Positions 50,714-59,602 of a stretch of 64,000 nt of DNA are shown here, one piece after another. A model generated the notes under the pieces. That model ran no database searches. It saw nothing but the letters and a program-made list of their open reading frames with translations, and was not told the DNA's origin. Position 1 is the stretch's first letter. The number at the start of each line of letters is the position of its first letter. The stretch is taken from assembly GCA_963663895.2 (NCBI GenBank), contig CAXXRD010000002.1:288001-352000 (forward strand), given 5' to 3'. A program made the translations under genes and the position numbers. The stretch is from Dehalococcoidia bacterium (GTDB lineage: Bacteria; Chloroflexota; Dehalococcoidia; Bin125).

Positions 50714-53543
50714 GAAGCCGCAGCCCTTCGGGATCGTAGTGCGCGTGATGCTCCATGACACGCACGGGCAGGCGACGGCCGTCGACGAGCCGCACGTCCA
50801 CCATCGTGCCCGCAGCGGCCAGCCGGGGCTCGACAAAGCCGAGGCAGATCGATCGCCCCAGCGTCGGCGACAGGCGGCTCGACGTGATCCGTCCCACGAT
50901 CGCCCGCTCGCCCTCAACGATCTGGCAGCCCTCGTCCGGCACGATCGATTCGTCGGCGGGCTGCAGTCCGACGAGCACCTGCTGATCGTCGCGTTGCGCG
51001 GCCCAGACGAGCTCCGGCTTTCCGATGAAGTCCTCCTTATCCAGCTTCACCAAGGCGCCGACGCCGGCGGCGTAGGCCTGGGTGAGGCCGTCCGTATCCT
51101 GCCCGACGATGAAGTGGCCCTTCTCCAAGCGCATGATGCGCTGGGCTTCGATGCCGAAGGGCGCAACGCCCAGGTCCGCGCCCGTAGCAAGCAACGTTTC
51201 CCAGAGCTGGAGACCGTAGGCGGCAGGCGCATGAATCTCGTAGCTCAACTCGCCGGTGAAGCCGATGCGCCACATGAAGCAGCCCGGAATGCCGGCAACG
51301 GCACCGCTGCGCACACGCATGTATGGAAAGGCCGCCGGATCGAGATCGATCCCATCGACAAGACGCTGCATCAGCGTCCGCGCTTTCGGCCCGGCCACGT
51401 TGATGCTCGCCAAAGCGCTCGTCCGGGGCGTGACGTGGATCCGCCATTGCGGATGCTCGGTTTGGAGGATGTTCTCGATCCAGCGCCACACGGTCTCGGG
51501 ACCCGAGGAGGTCGTCGTCATGATGTAGCAGTCGTCGGCAAGGCGGCCGGTGACGCCGTCGTCCAGGATGACGCCGTCCTGTCCACACATGACGCCGTAG
51601 CGCACGGAGCCCACCGCCAGCTTCATCCATTTGTTGACGTAGAGATAGTTCAGCAGGCGGGCGACATCCGGTCCCCGCAGCTCGAACTTTCCCAGCGGCG
51701 TCACATCGATGATGCCGACGTTCTCCCGAACGTTCCGCACCTCGGCCGCCGGGTCGCCGTAGTGATCGGGCCGGATCCACTGTCCCGCCACGAGCGGCTT
51801 CGCGCCCTGTCGTGCATGCCAGGGTTGCAGGGATGAATAGGCGACCGGCTGGAAGCTGCGCCCCGCGAGCGCCCCCAGCGACACGGGAGCATACGGTGGA
51901 CGCCAGGTCGTCGTGCCCGTCCCGGCGATGTCGCGCCCGGTCGCCTCGGCGTGCACCGCCACGGTGTTGACGAGCTCCAGCTTGCCCTGCGCCGGTCCCA
52001 TCGTCGCGGTCGTGAAGCGCTTGGCCAGCTCGATGGAATCAAAGCCCTCGCGCACGGCGCCGACCACGTCCTTGGAGGAGACATCTTCCGAGTAGTCCAC
52101 GATGCCGTGCGTGCTCGATCGAAACAGGGAGGGCGCCGTGTCGATCGGCAAGGCGGGAAGCGGATCGGGCGGCGTGGTGCGGTCGTCACGCGCCCGGGCG
52201 CGCCGCGCCGCCTCCCCGCCGACGGCACGGGCATGATCGATGATCTGATCGAGCGTTCCGTCGCCCGCGATCCCTCCCGCCGCCAAGAGATCGTCCGGGA
52301 GGTCGCGCGGGAAGAACCGCCCGGCGCGCGGATCGTACGCGGGCCGGACGCCCGCCATGTTGAGCAGCGCCGTGGGTGCGGTCCATCCGACGGCCGTGAC
52401 GAGCAGGTCCGCCTCCACCACCCGCCCTCCCGCCAGCTCGACCTCCCGCAGGCCGCCGCCCCCGCGCGCCGCCACGACATCCTCGCCCCGCCGTGCGTCC
52501 ACGACCGCAGCCAGCTGGACGTCCGCGCGTTCGAGATCGGCGATCGCCCGGTCCCCCTCAGCGTTCGCCGTCAGCACAACGACACGCTCGCCGGGGCGGA
52601 CCGCGTAGAGGTTGATCAAGCGGCGCACGGCGGTCGAGAGCATCACCCCGGGTTTGTCATTGCCGGCGAAGACGTAGGGACGTTCGATCAAGCCGGGTGC
52701 GACCACCAGCACGTCCGCCCGCGCTTTGATGAGGCGCTCGCGGGCATGGGGAAGATCACGCTGCGCCACGGCCACCCAGTTATCGTCGTAGCGGCCGATC
52801 ACGGCGGAGTTCGTTAAGACCTCGATCGAGGGCGCGCCCGCGACGGCGGCACGAAGCTCCGCGAGCCGCGCGAGCTGCGCCGCGTCCCCCCAGCGGAGAT
52901 GGCCGCCGAGCTCGTACTCCTCCTCGACGAGTAACACACGGGCCCCGGCGGCAGCGGCGGCGGCGGCGGCGGCCATCCCGGCGGGGCCGCCGCCTGCGAC
53001 GAGGACATCGGGGTGCGCGTAGCGCTTGTCGTAATAGCCCCCCGCCGCGCTGCGTGGCACTTTGCCTCCGGGAGCGAAGCGACGAAATACCCGCTGGTAG
53101 ACGGGCCACAGCACCCGGGGCGCCATGAACGTCTTGTAGTAAAACCCCGCGGGCAGCAGGCGGCTGATCGCTTGATTGACCGCACCGAGATCATGCCGCA
53201 GCGAGGGCCACGCGTTTTGGGACCGCACTTGCATGCCCGGTTCGACGCGTCGGTGCGCAGCCCGCACATTCGGCTCGCCGTCCACCTGCACGAGACAGCC
53301 GGGGTCACTGAAGTTCGCCGTCAGCAGGCCGCGCGGGCGGTGGTACTTGAAGCTGCGGGAGAAGACGCGCTGCCCGCAAGCGGCCAGGGCGGAAATGATC
53401 GTGTCCCCTTGGTAGGCGGGATAGCGATCCCCATCCCAGCTAAAGGTGAGCTGGCGGCCTCGATCGATCAGCTCGCCCGCCTGCGGTGCGAGCCGCTGGG
53501 TCATGCGGGCAGGGATGGTGGGTGGCGTGCCGGCGCTTGTCAT
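50706..53543 (-). CDS. soxA: Sarcosine-oxidase alpha-like subunit (MgdC-like)
   Basis: GDTIISAL, RSFKYHRPRG, AGFYYKTF, GGGPAG, KRFTTATMGPAQG, GcvT/THF domain (DVTPLGK, GFTGELSYE, RLEKG). Confidence 0.9.
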   Translation of the reverse strand: MTSAGTPPTIPARMTQRLAPQAGELIDRGRQLTFSWDGDRYPAYQGDTIISALAACGQRVFSRSFKYHRPRGLLTANFSDPGCLVQVDGEPNVRAAHRRVEPGMQVRSQNAWPSLRHDLGAVNQAISRLLPAGFYYKTFMAPRVLWPVYQRVFRRFAPGGKVPRSAAGGYYDKRYAHPDVLVAGGGPAGMAAAAAAAAAGARVLLVEEEYELGGHLRWGDAAQLARLAELRAAVAGAPSIEVLTNSAVIGRYDDNWVAVAQRDLPHARERLIKARADVLVVAPGLIERPYVFAGNDKPGVMLSTAVRRLINLYAVRPGERVVVLTANAEGDRAIADLERADVQLAAVVDARRGEDVVAARGGGGLREVELAGGRVVEADLLVTAVGWTAPTALLNMAGVRPAYDPRAGRFFPRDLPDDLLAAGGIAGDGTLDQIIDHARAVGGEAARRARARDDRTTPPDPLPALPIDTAPSLFRSSTHGIVDYSEDVSSKDVVGAVREGFDSIELAKRFTTATMGPAQGKLELVNTVAVHAEATGRDIAGTGTTTWRPPYAPVSLGALAGRSFQPVAYSSLQPWHARQGAKPLVAGQWIRPDHYGDPAAEVRNVRENVGIIDVTPLGKFELRGPDVARLLNYLYVNKWMKLAVGSVRYGVMCGQDGVILDDGVTGRLADDCYIMTTTSSGPETVWRWIENILQTEHPQWRIHVTPRTSALASINVAGPKARTLMQRLVDGIDLDPAAFPYMRVRSGAVAGIPGCFMWRIGFTGELSYEIHAPAAYGLQLWETLLATGADLGVAPFGIEAQRIMRLEKGHFIVGQDTDGLTQAYAAGVGALVKLDKEDFIGKPELVWAAQRDDQQVLVGLQPADESIVPDEGCQIVEGERAIVGRITSSRLSPTLGRSICLGFVEPRLAAAGTMVDVRLVDGRRLPVRVMEHHAHYDPEGLRLRV

Positions 53544-53815
53544 GGCGCGCCGCGATCGGCCGGGCGCGGAGGGAGAGCGGCTGCTCGAATCTCGTTCGTG
53601 CGGGTGTCACGCTCGACCATGAAGTAGCGCCGACAGCCGGATTGGTGATACCACCACTCGCTTGCCAAGCCGGCCGGGTTCGTCCGCATGTAGAGATAGC
53701 GCCGCCAAACGGCGGGCGGCGCGGCGTTGGGATCGGGCGTGCGGAGAACCGCGTCCGCGTAGGCGAACTCGGAGGCGTTGCGGGGCCCGCAATGCACGCA
53801 AGGGATCAAGAGCAT
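53540..53815 (-). CDS. soxD: Sarcosine-oxidase delta-like subunit (MgdB-like)
   Basis: MLLIPCVHCGPR..SEF, YLYMRTNPAG, EWWYHQSGCRRYF...RDT. Confidence 0.9.
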   Translation of the reverse strand: MLLIPCVHCGPRNASEFAYADAVLRTPDPNAAPPAVWRRYLYMRTNPAGLASEWWYHQSGCRRYFMVERDTRTNEIRAAALPPRPADRGAP

Positions 53816-53828
53816 GAATGCATCTCCA

Positions 53829-55108
53829 TCAGTGTCCCACAGCAGCGGCGCCTTTCTCCCCCACGAGGCGCCCATCCCCGAATCGTGCCAGGTCGAAGGT
53901 CTCGATGATGGCCGGCGTCTCTCCGGTCGCCACGAGCTGCGCCATCGCCTCACCGGAGACGGGACCCGCCTTGAATCCATAGGTCCCCCAACCGACATCG
54001 ACGTGGAACCCCTCGACGGGCGTCTTGCCGAGGATCGGCGAGAAGTCGGGGGTCATATCACAGAGGCCGGCCCACTGCCGCAGCACGCGCAGCGCCGCCA
54101 GGGAGGGGAAGAGCTCCAATACATGCGCCGCCACCTCCTCCGTGAACTCGAGGCTCCCGCGAGTCGAGTAGGCGGGATAGGGGTCGACACTGGCGCCGAG
54201 GACCAGTTCGCCGCGCGCCGTCTGGCTCACATAGACGTGCAGGGTGCCGGACACGATCACAGGATCCAGAAAGAACTTGACGGGCTCGGTCACGGCCGCT
54301 TGGAGCGGGAAGGTGGTGATCGGCAACTCGACGCCCGCCATCGCCGCCACGGTGCTCGACCAACCGGCCGTGCAGTTGATCACGACCGGCGTGGCGATCG
54401 GCCCGCGGCTGGTGGCGACCCCGCGCACGCGACCGCCCTCGACTTCGATGCCGAGCAGGGTGGTCCCTTGATGGATATGGACGCCGTGCGCGTCCGCGCC
54501 CCTGGCGTAGCCCCAGACAACGGCGTCGTGCCGCACAATCCCGCCGGGGGGTGATAGAGAGCCCCCAGGATGGGAAAGCGCGTCGCCTCCGAGAGGTCCA
54601 GATACGGCGCCAGCTCTTTGATCTCCGCAGGACCGATCACTTCCGAATCGACGCCCTCCAGCTTGTTGACCTCCGCCCGCCAGCGCATGGTCCGCAGCGA
54701 GGCATCGTTGTGCGCAAGCGTGAGATGACCGCGCTGCTCGAACATCACGTTGAAATTGAGCTCGGCAGCGAGCCGCTGGTACAGGGTGAGAGAGCGGTTG
54801 TAGAAGCGCACGCCCTCCGACGTGAGGTAGTTCGAGCGGATGATCGCCGTGTTGCGGCCCGAGGCGCCGCCGCCGATGTAGCTCTTCTCCAGCACGGCAA
54901 CGTTGCGGATACCGTGCTTGGCGGCGAGGTAGTAGGCGGTCGCGAGGCCGTGGACGCCGCCCCCGATGATCACCACGTCGTAGTTGGGGGCCAGATCGTG
55001 GTGGGTCCATGCGGGCGGCCAGTCACGGCCGGTCAAGCCGTGGCGCAACAGGCTCAGGGCCGAGTAGTGCGCCGCCGGCCGCCGACCGCCGCTCAGTAGC
55101 CGCCGCAT
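53829..55108 (-). CDS. soxB: Sarcosine-oxidase beta-like FAD subunit (MgdA-like), frameshifted at the G6 run 54546-54551
   Basis: YDVVIIGGGVHGLATAYYL, GRNTAIIRSNY; second frame RHDAVVWGYA, LQAAVTEP, GWGTYGFKA, EKGAAAVGH. Confidence 0.87.
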
Positions 55109-55174
55109 TCCGCCGACCTCAAATCAGGACCGTGCTGCCGCATACGCTGCATGGCGGAGACGTAGTCCCTCTCG

Positions 55175-56533
55175 CTAGAACAACGTCAGATACTTCTCGA
55201 TCTCCCAAGCGCTCACGGCTTGATGGTACTCACGAAACTCCGCTCGCTTCGTCTCGATGTAGTAGTCGGCGTACCAGCCGCCGGGCACCTCTCCCAAGGC
55301 GGTGCGAAGCACGTCATCCCTCGCCAAGGAATCGACCGCATCCACCAGGGTTTGTGGAACCGTTCTGATCCCGCGCGCGGCCACTGCCTCGGGCGTCAGG
55401 GCGAAAAGATTGTCGCGATTGGGATCACCCGGGTCCAGTCCGCGATCGATCCCATCAAGGCCTGCGGCCAGTATGCCCGTTAAGGCCAGGTAAGGGTTCG
55501 CCGATCCATCGACGCCGCGATGCTCGACACGGTCCGCCTCCGGCACCCGCAGCATCTGGGTGCGGTTGTTGCCGCCGTAGGTCGCATAGGCCGGCGCCCA
55601 CGTTGCCCCCGAGGCGGGCGGCCCGACGCCGATCCGCTTATAGGAGTTGACCGTCGGCGCCGTGAGCGCGACGAGGCCGGGCGCGTGGTCGAGGATCCCG
55701 GCGATGAATTGGTAGGCGAGCGCCGACAGTCCCAGACCGCGGGCGTCGCCCGTTTCGTGGAAGAGCGGCCTACCGCCATCGTCCCAGAGACTGGCATGCA
55801 CGTGCATGCCGTTGCCGGTCAGGTGCGCGAACGGCTTCGGCATGAAGGTCGCCGCCAACCCGGCTTCCTGGGCCAGCGTGTGCACCATGTAGCGGAAAAA
55901 GATCACGCGGTCGGCCGTGGTCAGGGCGTCGGCGTAGGTGAAATTCTGCTCGAATTGACCGTTGGCGTCTTCGTGGTCGTTGGCGTAGTTGGCCCACCCC
56001 AAGCGATTGAGGTAGGTGGAAACGGTCGTGAGGTGGTCGTACATGCGCGTCAGGCCCTTGGCGTCGTAGCAGGGCTGCGCGGCGGTATCGAGCGGATCGG
56101 CGGGCTCGATCCCGCCTTCGTCCGTGCGTTTGACAAGAAAATATTCGACTTCGGCGCCACAGTTGAAGATCATCCCGCGCTCGGCCAAGCGTGCCAGTTG
56201 GCGCTTCAGGATCAGGCGCGGCGCGTAGGGCCACGGCTCGCCCTCAACGTGGATGTCGCAGTGCAGGACGGCCAGCCCCGGTCGAAACAGCACCGGCGTG
56301 TACGAGGCCGGATCCGGGATCGCTATCATGTCCGGATCAGCGGGCGTCTGTCCCATCGGTCCCGCAGCGAACCCCGCGAAGCCCGCGCCCTCCTCCATCA
56401 AGGTGTCGAACGAGGCGGCGGGGACGAGCTTGGCACAGGGCTTGCCATGCATATCGACGAACATCGCGAAGAAGAACTCGATGCCGTCCCGTTCCGCCTG
56501 TTTTCGTAGCTGCGCGTGATCGTCGTTAGCCAT
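55175..56533 (-). CDS. gmaS: Type III glutamate-ammonia ligase, probable gamma-glutamylmethylamide synthetase
   Basis: AKLVP, GAGFAGFA, PCYD, DHEDANGQFE, TFMPKPF, GNGMH, NNRTQMLR; context of mgs and mgd genes. Confidence 0.82.
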   Translation of the reverse strand: MANDDHAQLRKQAERDGIEFFFAMFVDMHGKPCAKLVPAASFDTLMEEGAGFAGFAAGPMGQTPADPDMIAIPDPASYTPVLFRPGLAVLHCDIHVEGEPWPYAPRLILKRQLARLAERGMIFNCGAEVEYFLVKRTDEGGIEPADPLDTAAQPCYDAKGLTRMYDHLTTVSTYLNRLGWANYANDHEDANGQFEQNFTYADALTTADRVIFFRYMVHTLAQEAGLAATFMPKPFAHLTGNGMHVHASLWDDGGRPLFHETGDARGLGLSALAYQFIAGILDHAPGLVALTAPTVNSYKRIGVGPPASGATWAPAYATYGGNNRTQMLRVPEADRVEHRGVDGSANPYLALTGILAAGLDGIDRGLDPGDPNRDNLFALTPEAVAARGIRTVPQTLVDAVDSLARDDVLRTALGEVPGGWYADYYIETKRAEFREYHQAVSAWEIEKYLTLF

Positions 56534-56649
56534 CGGGGTCCTCCGGGCGCTGCGCCGTGCTGACGGCTGTTCAGGATAGGCCGCCTGGGAAGCGGCTGAC
56601 TGCTAGCGGGGAAGCGCTCTCGCTACTATGGACGGAGTGGAGGAAGGTC

Positions 56650-57534
56650 ATGTGCGGCATCGTCGGGCTTCATTGCAAGAGCCCGGAGCTCCATTCCCAA
56701 CTGGGCGTACTCCTGAGCCAGATGCTCCTCGCCATGAGCGAGCGCGGGCCGGACTCGGCCGGCATCGCCCTCTACGAGGAAGGGCTGCCGACGGGGAGCC
56801 TACGCTATTCGCTGCGAGCGCCGGGACCCGGCTACGATTGGGAGGGCACGAGCGAACGGCTGGGCGAGGAGGCCGTGATCCATCCCGTAGCCGATGACGC
56901 GGTCCTTACCGCGACCGGCAGCCCCGCTGCCGTCCTGGAGAAGCTGGCCGCGCAAGCGCCCGACCTCCGTGTGTTCGCGTACGGCAGCGCCATGGAGGTG
57001 TACAAGGACATCGGCGCGCCTGTGGATATTCTGGAGCGCTACGGCATCGCCCAACGTTCCGGCTATCAAGGGCTGGGGCACACGCGCATGGCCACGGAAT
57101 CAGCGGTCACCACCGATCACTCGCACCCCTTCGCAACCGCCGCCGATCTCTGCTTGGTTCACAACGGCAGCTTCTCCAACCACGCAACAATCCGCCGGCG
57201 CCTGGAGGACGCGGGCGTCCGCTGCAGCACCGACAACGACTCGGAAGTGGCGGCGCGTTTCATCGCCTACCACATGCAGCACGGTGATGATCTGCAAGCG
57301 GCGCTCGGCAAGGTACTGGTGGAGTTCGACGGGTTCTTCACGTTGCTGGTGGCGTCGCGGAATCAGTTCGCCGTCGTCCGGGACGCGTTCGCCTGCAAGC
57401 CCGCGGTGATCGCGGAAGCGCCGGATTTCGTGGCGATGGCCTCCGAGTATCGAGCGCTCGCCCGATTGCCGGGTATTCAAGAAGCCGACATCTTCGAGCC
57501 CGGGCCCGAGGAGATCCACGTATGGTCACGCTGA
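56650..57534 (+). CDS. mgsA: Class II glutamine amidotransferase, N-methylglutamate synthase subunit A (MgsA/GlxB)
   Basis: MCGIVG N-terminal Cys, RGPDSAG, GHTRMATES, HNGSFSNH, DSEV. Confidence 0.83.
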   Translation: MCGIVGLHCKSPELHSQLGVLLSQMLLAMSERGPDSAGIALYEEGLPTGSLRYSLRAPGPGYDWEGTSERLGEEAVIHPVADDAVLTATGSPAAVLEKLAAQAPDLRVFAYGSAMEVYKDIGAPVDILERYGIAQRSGYQGLGHTRMATESAVTTDHSHPFATAADLCLVHNGSFSNHATIRRRLEDAGVRCSTDNDSEVAARFIAYHMQHGDDLQAALGKVLVEFDGFFTLLVASRNQFAVVRDAFACKPAVIAEAPDFVAMASEYRALARLPGIQEADIFEPGPEEIHVWSR

Positions 57535-58199
57535 GCTGCGCGGAGTTCAGTACGCGCGCGATTAATCGCGCGCTTGCGGAGCTGCCGGACGGATCGAGAG
57601 TTTCGATCACCGAGCCCCAGGGCAGGCACAACCTCGCCGTGGGCCTGCGCAACCAGATCACGATCACGATCGCCGGCAACGCGGGATATTTCATCGGGGG
57701 GCTGGGCGACGGGCCGTCGATCGTCGTCAACGGTTTCGTCGGCTGGTCCGTGGGTGAAAACTTGATGAGTGGAACGGTGCGGGTGCGCGGCAATGCCTCA
57801 GAGAGCGCGGGGGCATCGAGCCACGGAGGATTGGTCATCGTCGACGGCGACGCCTCCTCGCGCGCCGGGATTTCCTTGAAAGGGGGCACGCTTGTGGTTG
57901 CGGGGGACGCCGGGCACATGAGCGGATTCATGGCGCAGGCAGGCACGATCTTGATCGGCGGCGATGCCGGCGCAGGGCTGGGCGATTCCCTCTATGAGGC
58001 AGTGATCTACGTCGGTGGGGCCATCCGATCCCTCGGAGCGGATGCCCGGGTGGAAGAGCTGACGGAAAGCGACGTTCAACGCGTGCGACAGCTGATCCAA
58101 GAGACCGGTTTCGATCACATCGATCCCCAGAACGTGCAACGCGTGGCCTCGGCGCGCGCGTTCTACCACTTCAAGGCCGTAGCCGGACACGCGTACTGA
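57522..58199 (+). CDS. mgsB: GltB/FwdC-type beta-helix protein, N-methylglutamate synthase subunit B (MgsB/GlxC)
   Basis: HNLAVGL, ENLMSG, GISLKG, GHMSGFMAQAG, LGDSLYEA. Confidence 0.83.
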   Translation: MVTLSCAEFSTRAINRALAELPDGSRVSITEPQGRHNLAVGLRNQITITIAGNAGYFIGGLGDGPSIVVNGFVGWSVGENLMSGTVRVRGNASESAGASSHGGLVIVDGDASSRAGISLKGGTLVVAGDAGHMSGFMAQAGTILIGGDAGAGLGDSLYEAVIYVGGAIRSLGADARVEELTESDVQRVRQLIQETGFDHIDPQNVQRVASARAFYHFKAVAGHAY

Positions 58200-59575
58200 T
58201 GGCCCGCCCCTTGGACGAACCGCGCCTCCCCTACGACGCCAAGCGCCACAGTCACACGTTTCCGCCGGAGGCGATCGCGCAGATCACCCGGATGGCCGAA
58301 GTGGGCCGCTACGAGATCCGGGGTGGGGGCAGCAAGCGCCCGCTGCCCACATTCGACGATCTGGTCCTGCTGACGGCGTCCGCGTCGCGGTATCCGTTGG
58401 AGGGTTACCGCGAGCGCTGCGAGACGCGGACCGTGCTGGGGGCGCGGGCGGCGGCCAAGCCGATCACGATCGAGATCCCGATCACGATCGCCGGCATGAG
58501 CTTCGGCGCACTCTCCGCCAACGCGAAAGAGGCGTTGGGGCGCGGCGCCAGCGAAGTCGGAACATCGACGACGACCGGCGACGGGGGCATGACGGCGGAA
58601 GAACGGCGTGCATCCAAGCTCCTCGTCTACCAATTGCTGCCCTCACGCTACGGGTTCAACCCCGCCGACCTGCAGCAGGCCGACGCGGTCGAGGTGGTGA
58701 TCGGGCAGGGCGCGAAGCCGGGCGGCGGCGGCATGTTGCTGGGCCAGAAGGTGAGTGACCGCGTCGCGGAGATGCGGACGCTCCCCGCCGGCATCGACCA
58801 GCGATCGGCGAGCCGGCATCCCGATTGGACCGGGCCCGACGATCTGCGTATCAAGATCGAGGAGCTGCGCGAGGCCACAGGCTGGCAGATCCCGATCTAC
58901 GTGAAGATCGGGGCGACGCGCACGAACAACGACGTCAAGCTCGCCGTCGCCGCCGGCGCGGACGTGGTCGTGGTGGACGGGATGCAAGGCGGCACGGCCG
59001 CGACGCAGGACGTCTTCATCGAGCATGCGGGGATCCCCACGCTTCCCGCGGTGCGTCTGGCCGCGGAGGCGCTGCGGGAGATCGGAAAGCAGGACGAGGT
59101 GCAGCTGATCGTGTCCGGGGGCATCCGGTCGGGCGCGGACGTCGCCAAGGCCTTGGCGCTCGGCGCCGACGCCGTCTCGATCGGCACGGCCGTCCTGATC
59201 GCGCTGGGCTGCAACAGCCGCACCTATTTCCAAGATGGGCGCGAGATCGACGCCACGGCGGACTATCACGCCCTCGGCACCGAGCCGGGCTACTGTCACC
59301 ACATGGAGTCGGGCCGCTGCCCGGTGGGCATCGCCACGCAGGATCCGGCGCTCGAGCGCCGCTTGGATCCGGGCTGGGGCGGCCGCCGCGTCGCCAACTA
59401 CCTCCGGGCGCTGACGATGGAGCTGACGGCGCTCGCCCGGGCCTGCGGCAAGTCCAACGTCCACCATCTCGAGCCGGAAGACCTCGCTGCTCTCACGATC
59501 GAAGCCGCCGCCATGGCCCGCGTCCCCTTGGCCGGCACGAACTGGATCCCTGGATCGGACGCGCCCGGGCCCTAA
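58199..59575 (+). CDS. mgsC: FMN-binding glutamate-synthase family, N-methylglutamate synthase subunit C (MgsC/GlxD)
   Basis: SRYPLEGYRE, AGMSFGALS, GQGAKPGGGG, RHPDWTGPDDL, DGMQGGT, SGGIR, CPVGIATQD. Confidence 0.85.
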   Translation: MARPLDEPRLPYDAKRHSHTFPPEAIAQITRMAEVGRYEIRGGGSKRPLPTFDDLVLLTASASRYPLEGYRERCETRTVLGARAAAKPITIEIPITIAGMSFGALSANAKEALGRGASEVGTSTTTGDGGMTAEERRASKLLVYQLLPSRYGFNPADLQQADAVEVVIGQGAKPGGGGMLLGQKVSDRVAEMRTLPAGIDQRSASRHPDWTGPDDLRIKIEELREATGWQIPIYVKIGATRTNNDVKLAVAAGADVVVVDGMQGGTAATQDVFIEHAGIPTLPAVRLAAEALREIGKQDEVQLIVSGGIRSGADVAKALALGADAVSIGTAVLIALGCNSRTYFQDGREIDATADYHALGTEPGYCHHMESGRCPVGIATQDPALERRLDPGWGGRRVANYLRALTMELTALARACGKSNVHHLEPEDLAALTIEAAAMARVPLAGTNWIPGSDAPGP

Positions 59576-59602
59576 GCCGAGCATTCCAACGGTCGCAGTG
59601 CC

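Noticed and set aside
55175-59575. Ordinary GS/GOGAT ammonia assimilation
   Set aside because: The FAGFA-type ligase, the three-part split glutamate-synthase-like genes and the adjacent soxBDAG-like genes fit the N-methylglutamate pathway better; no gltD is present.
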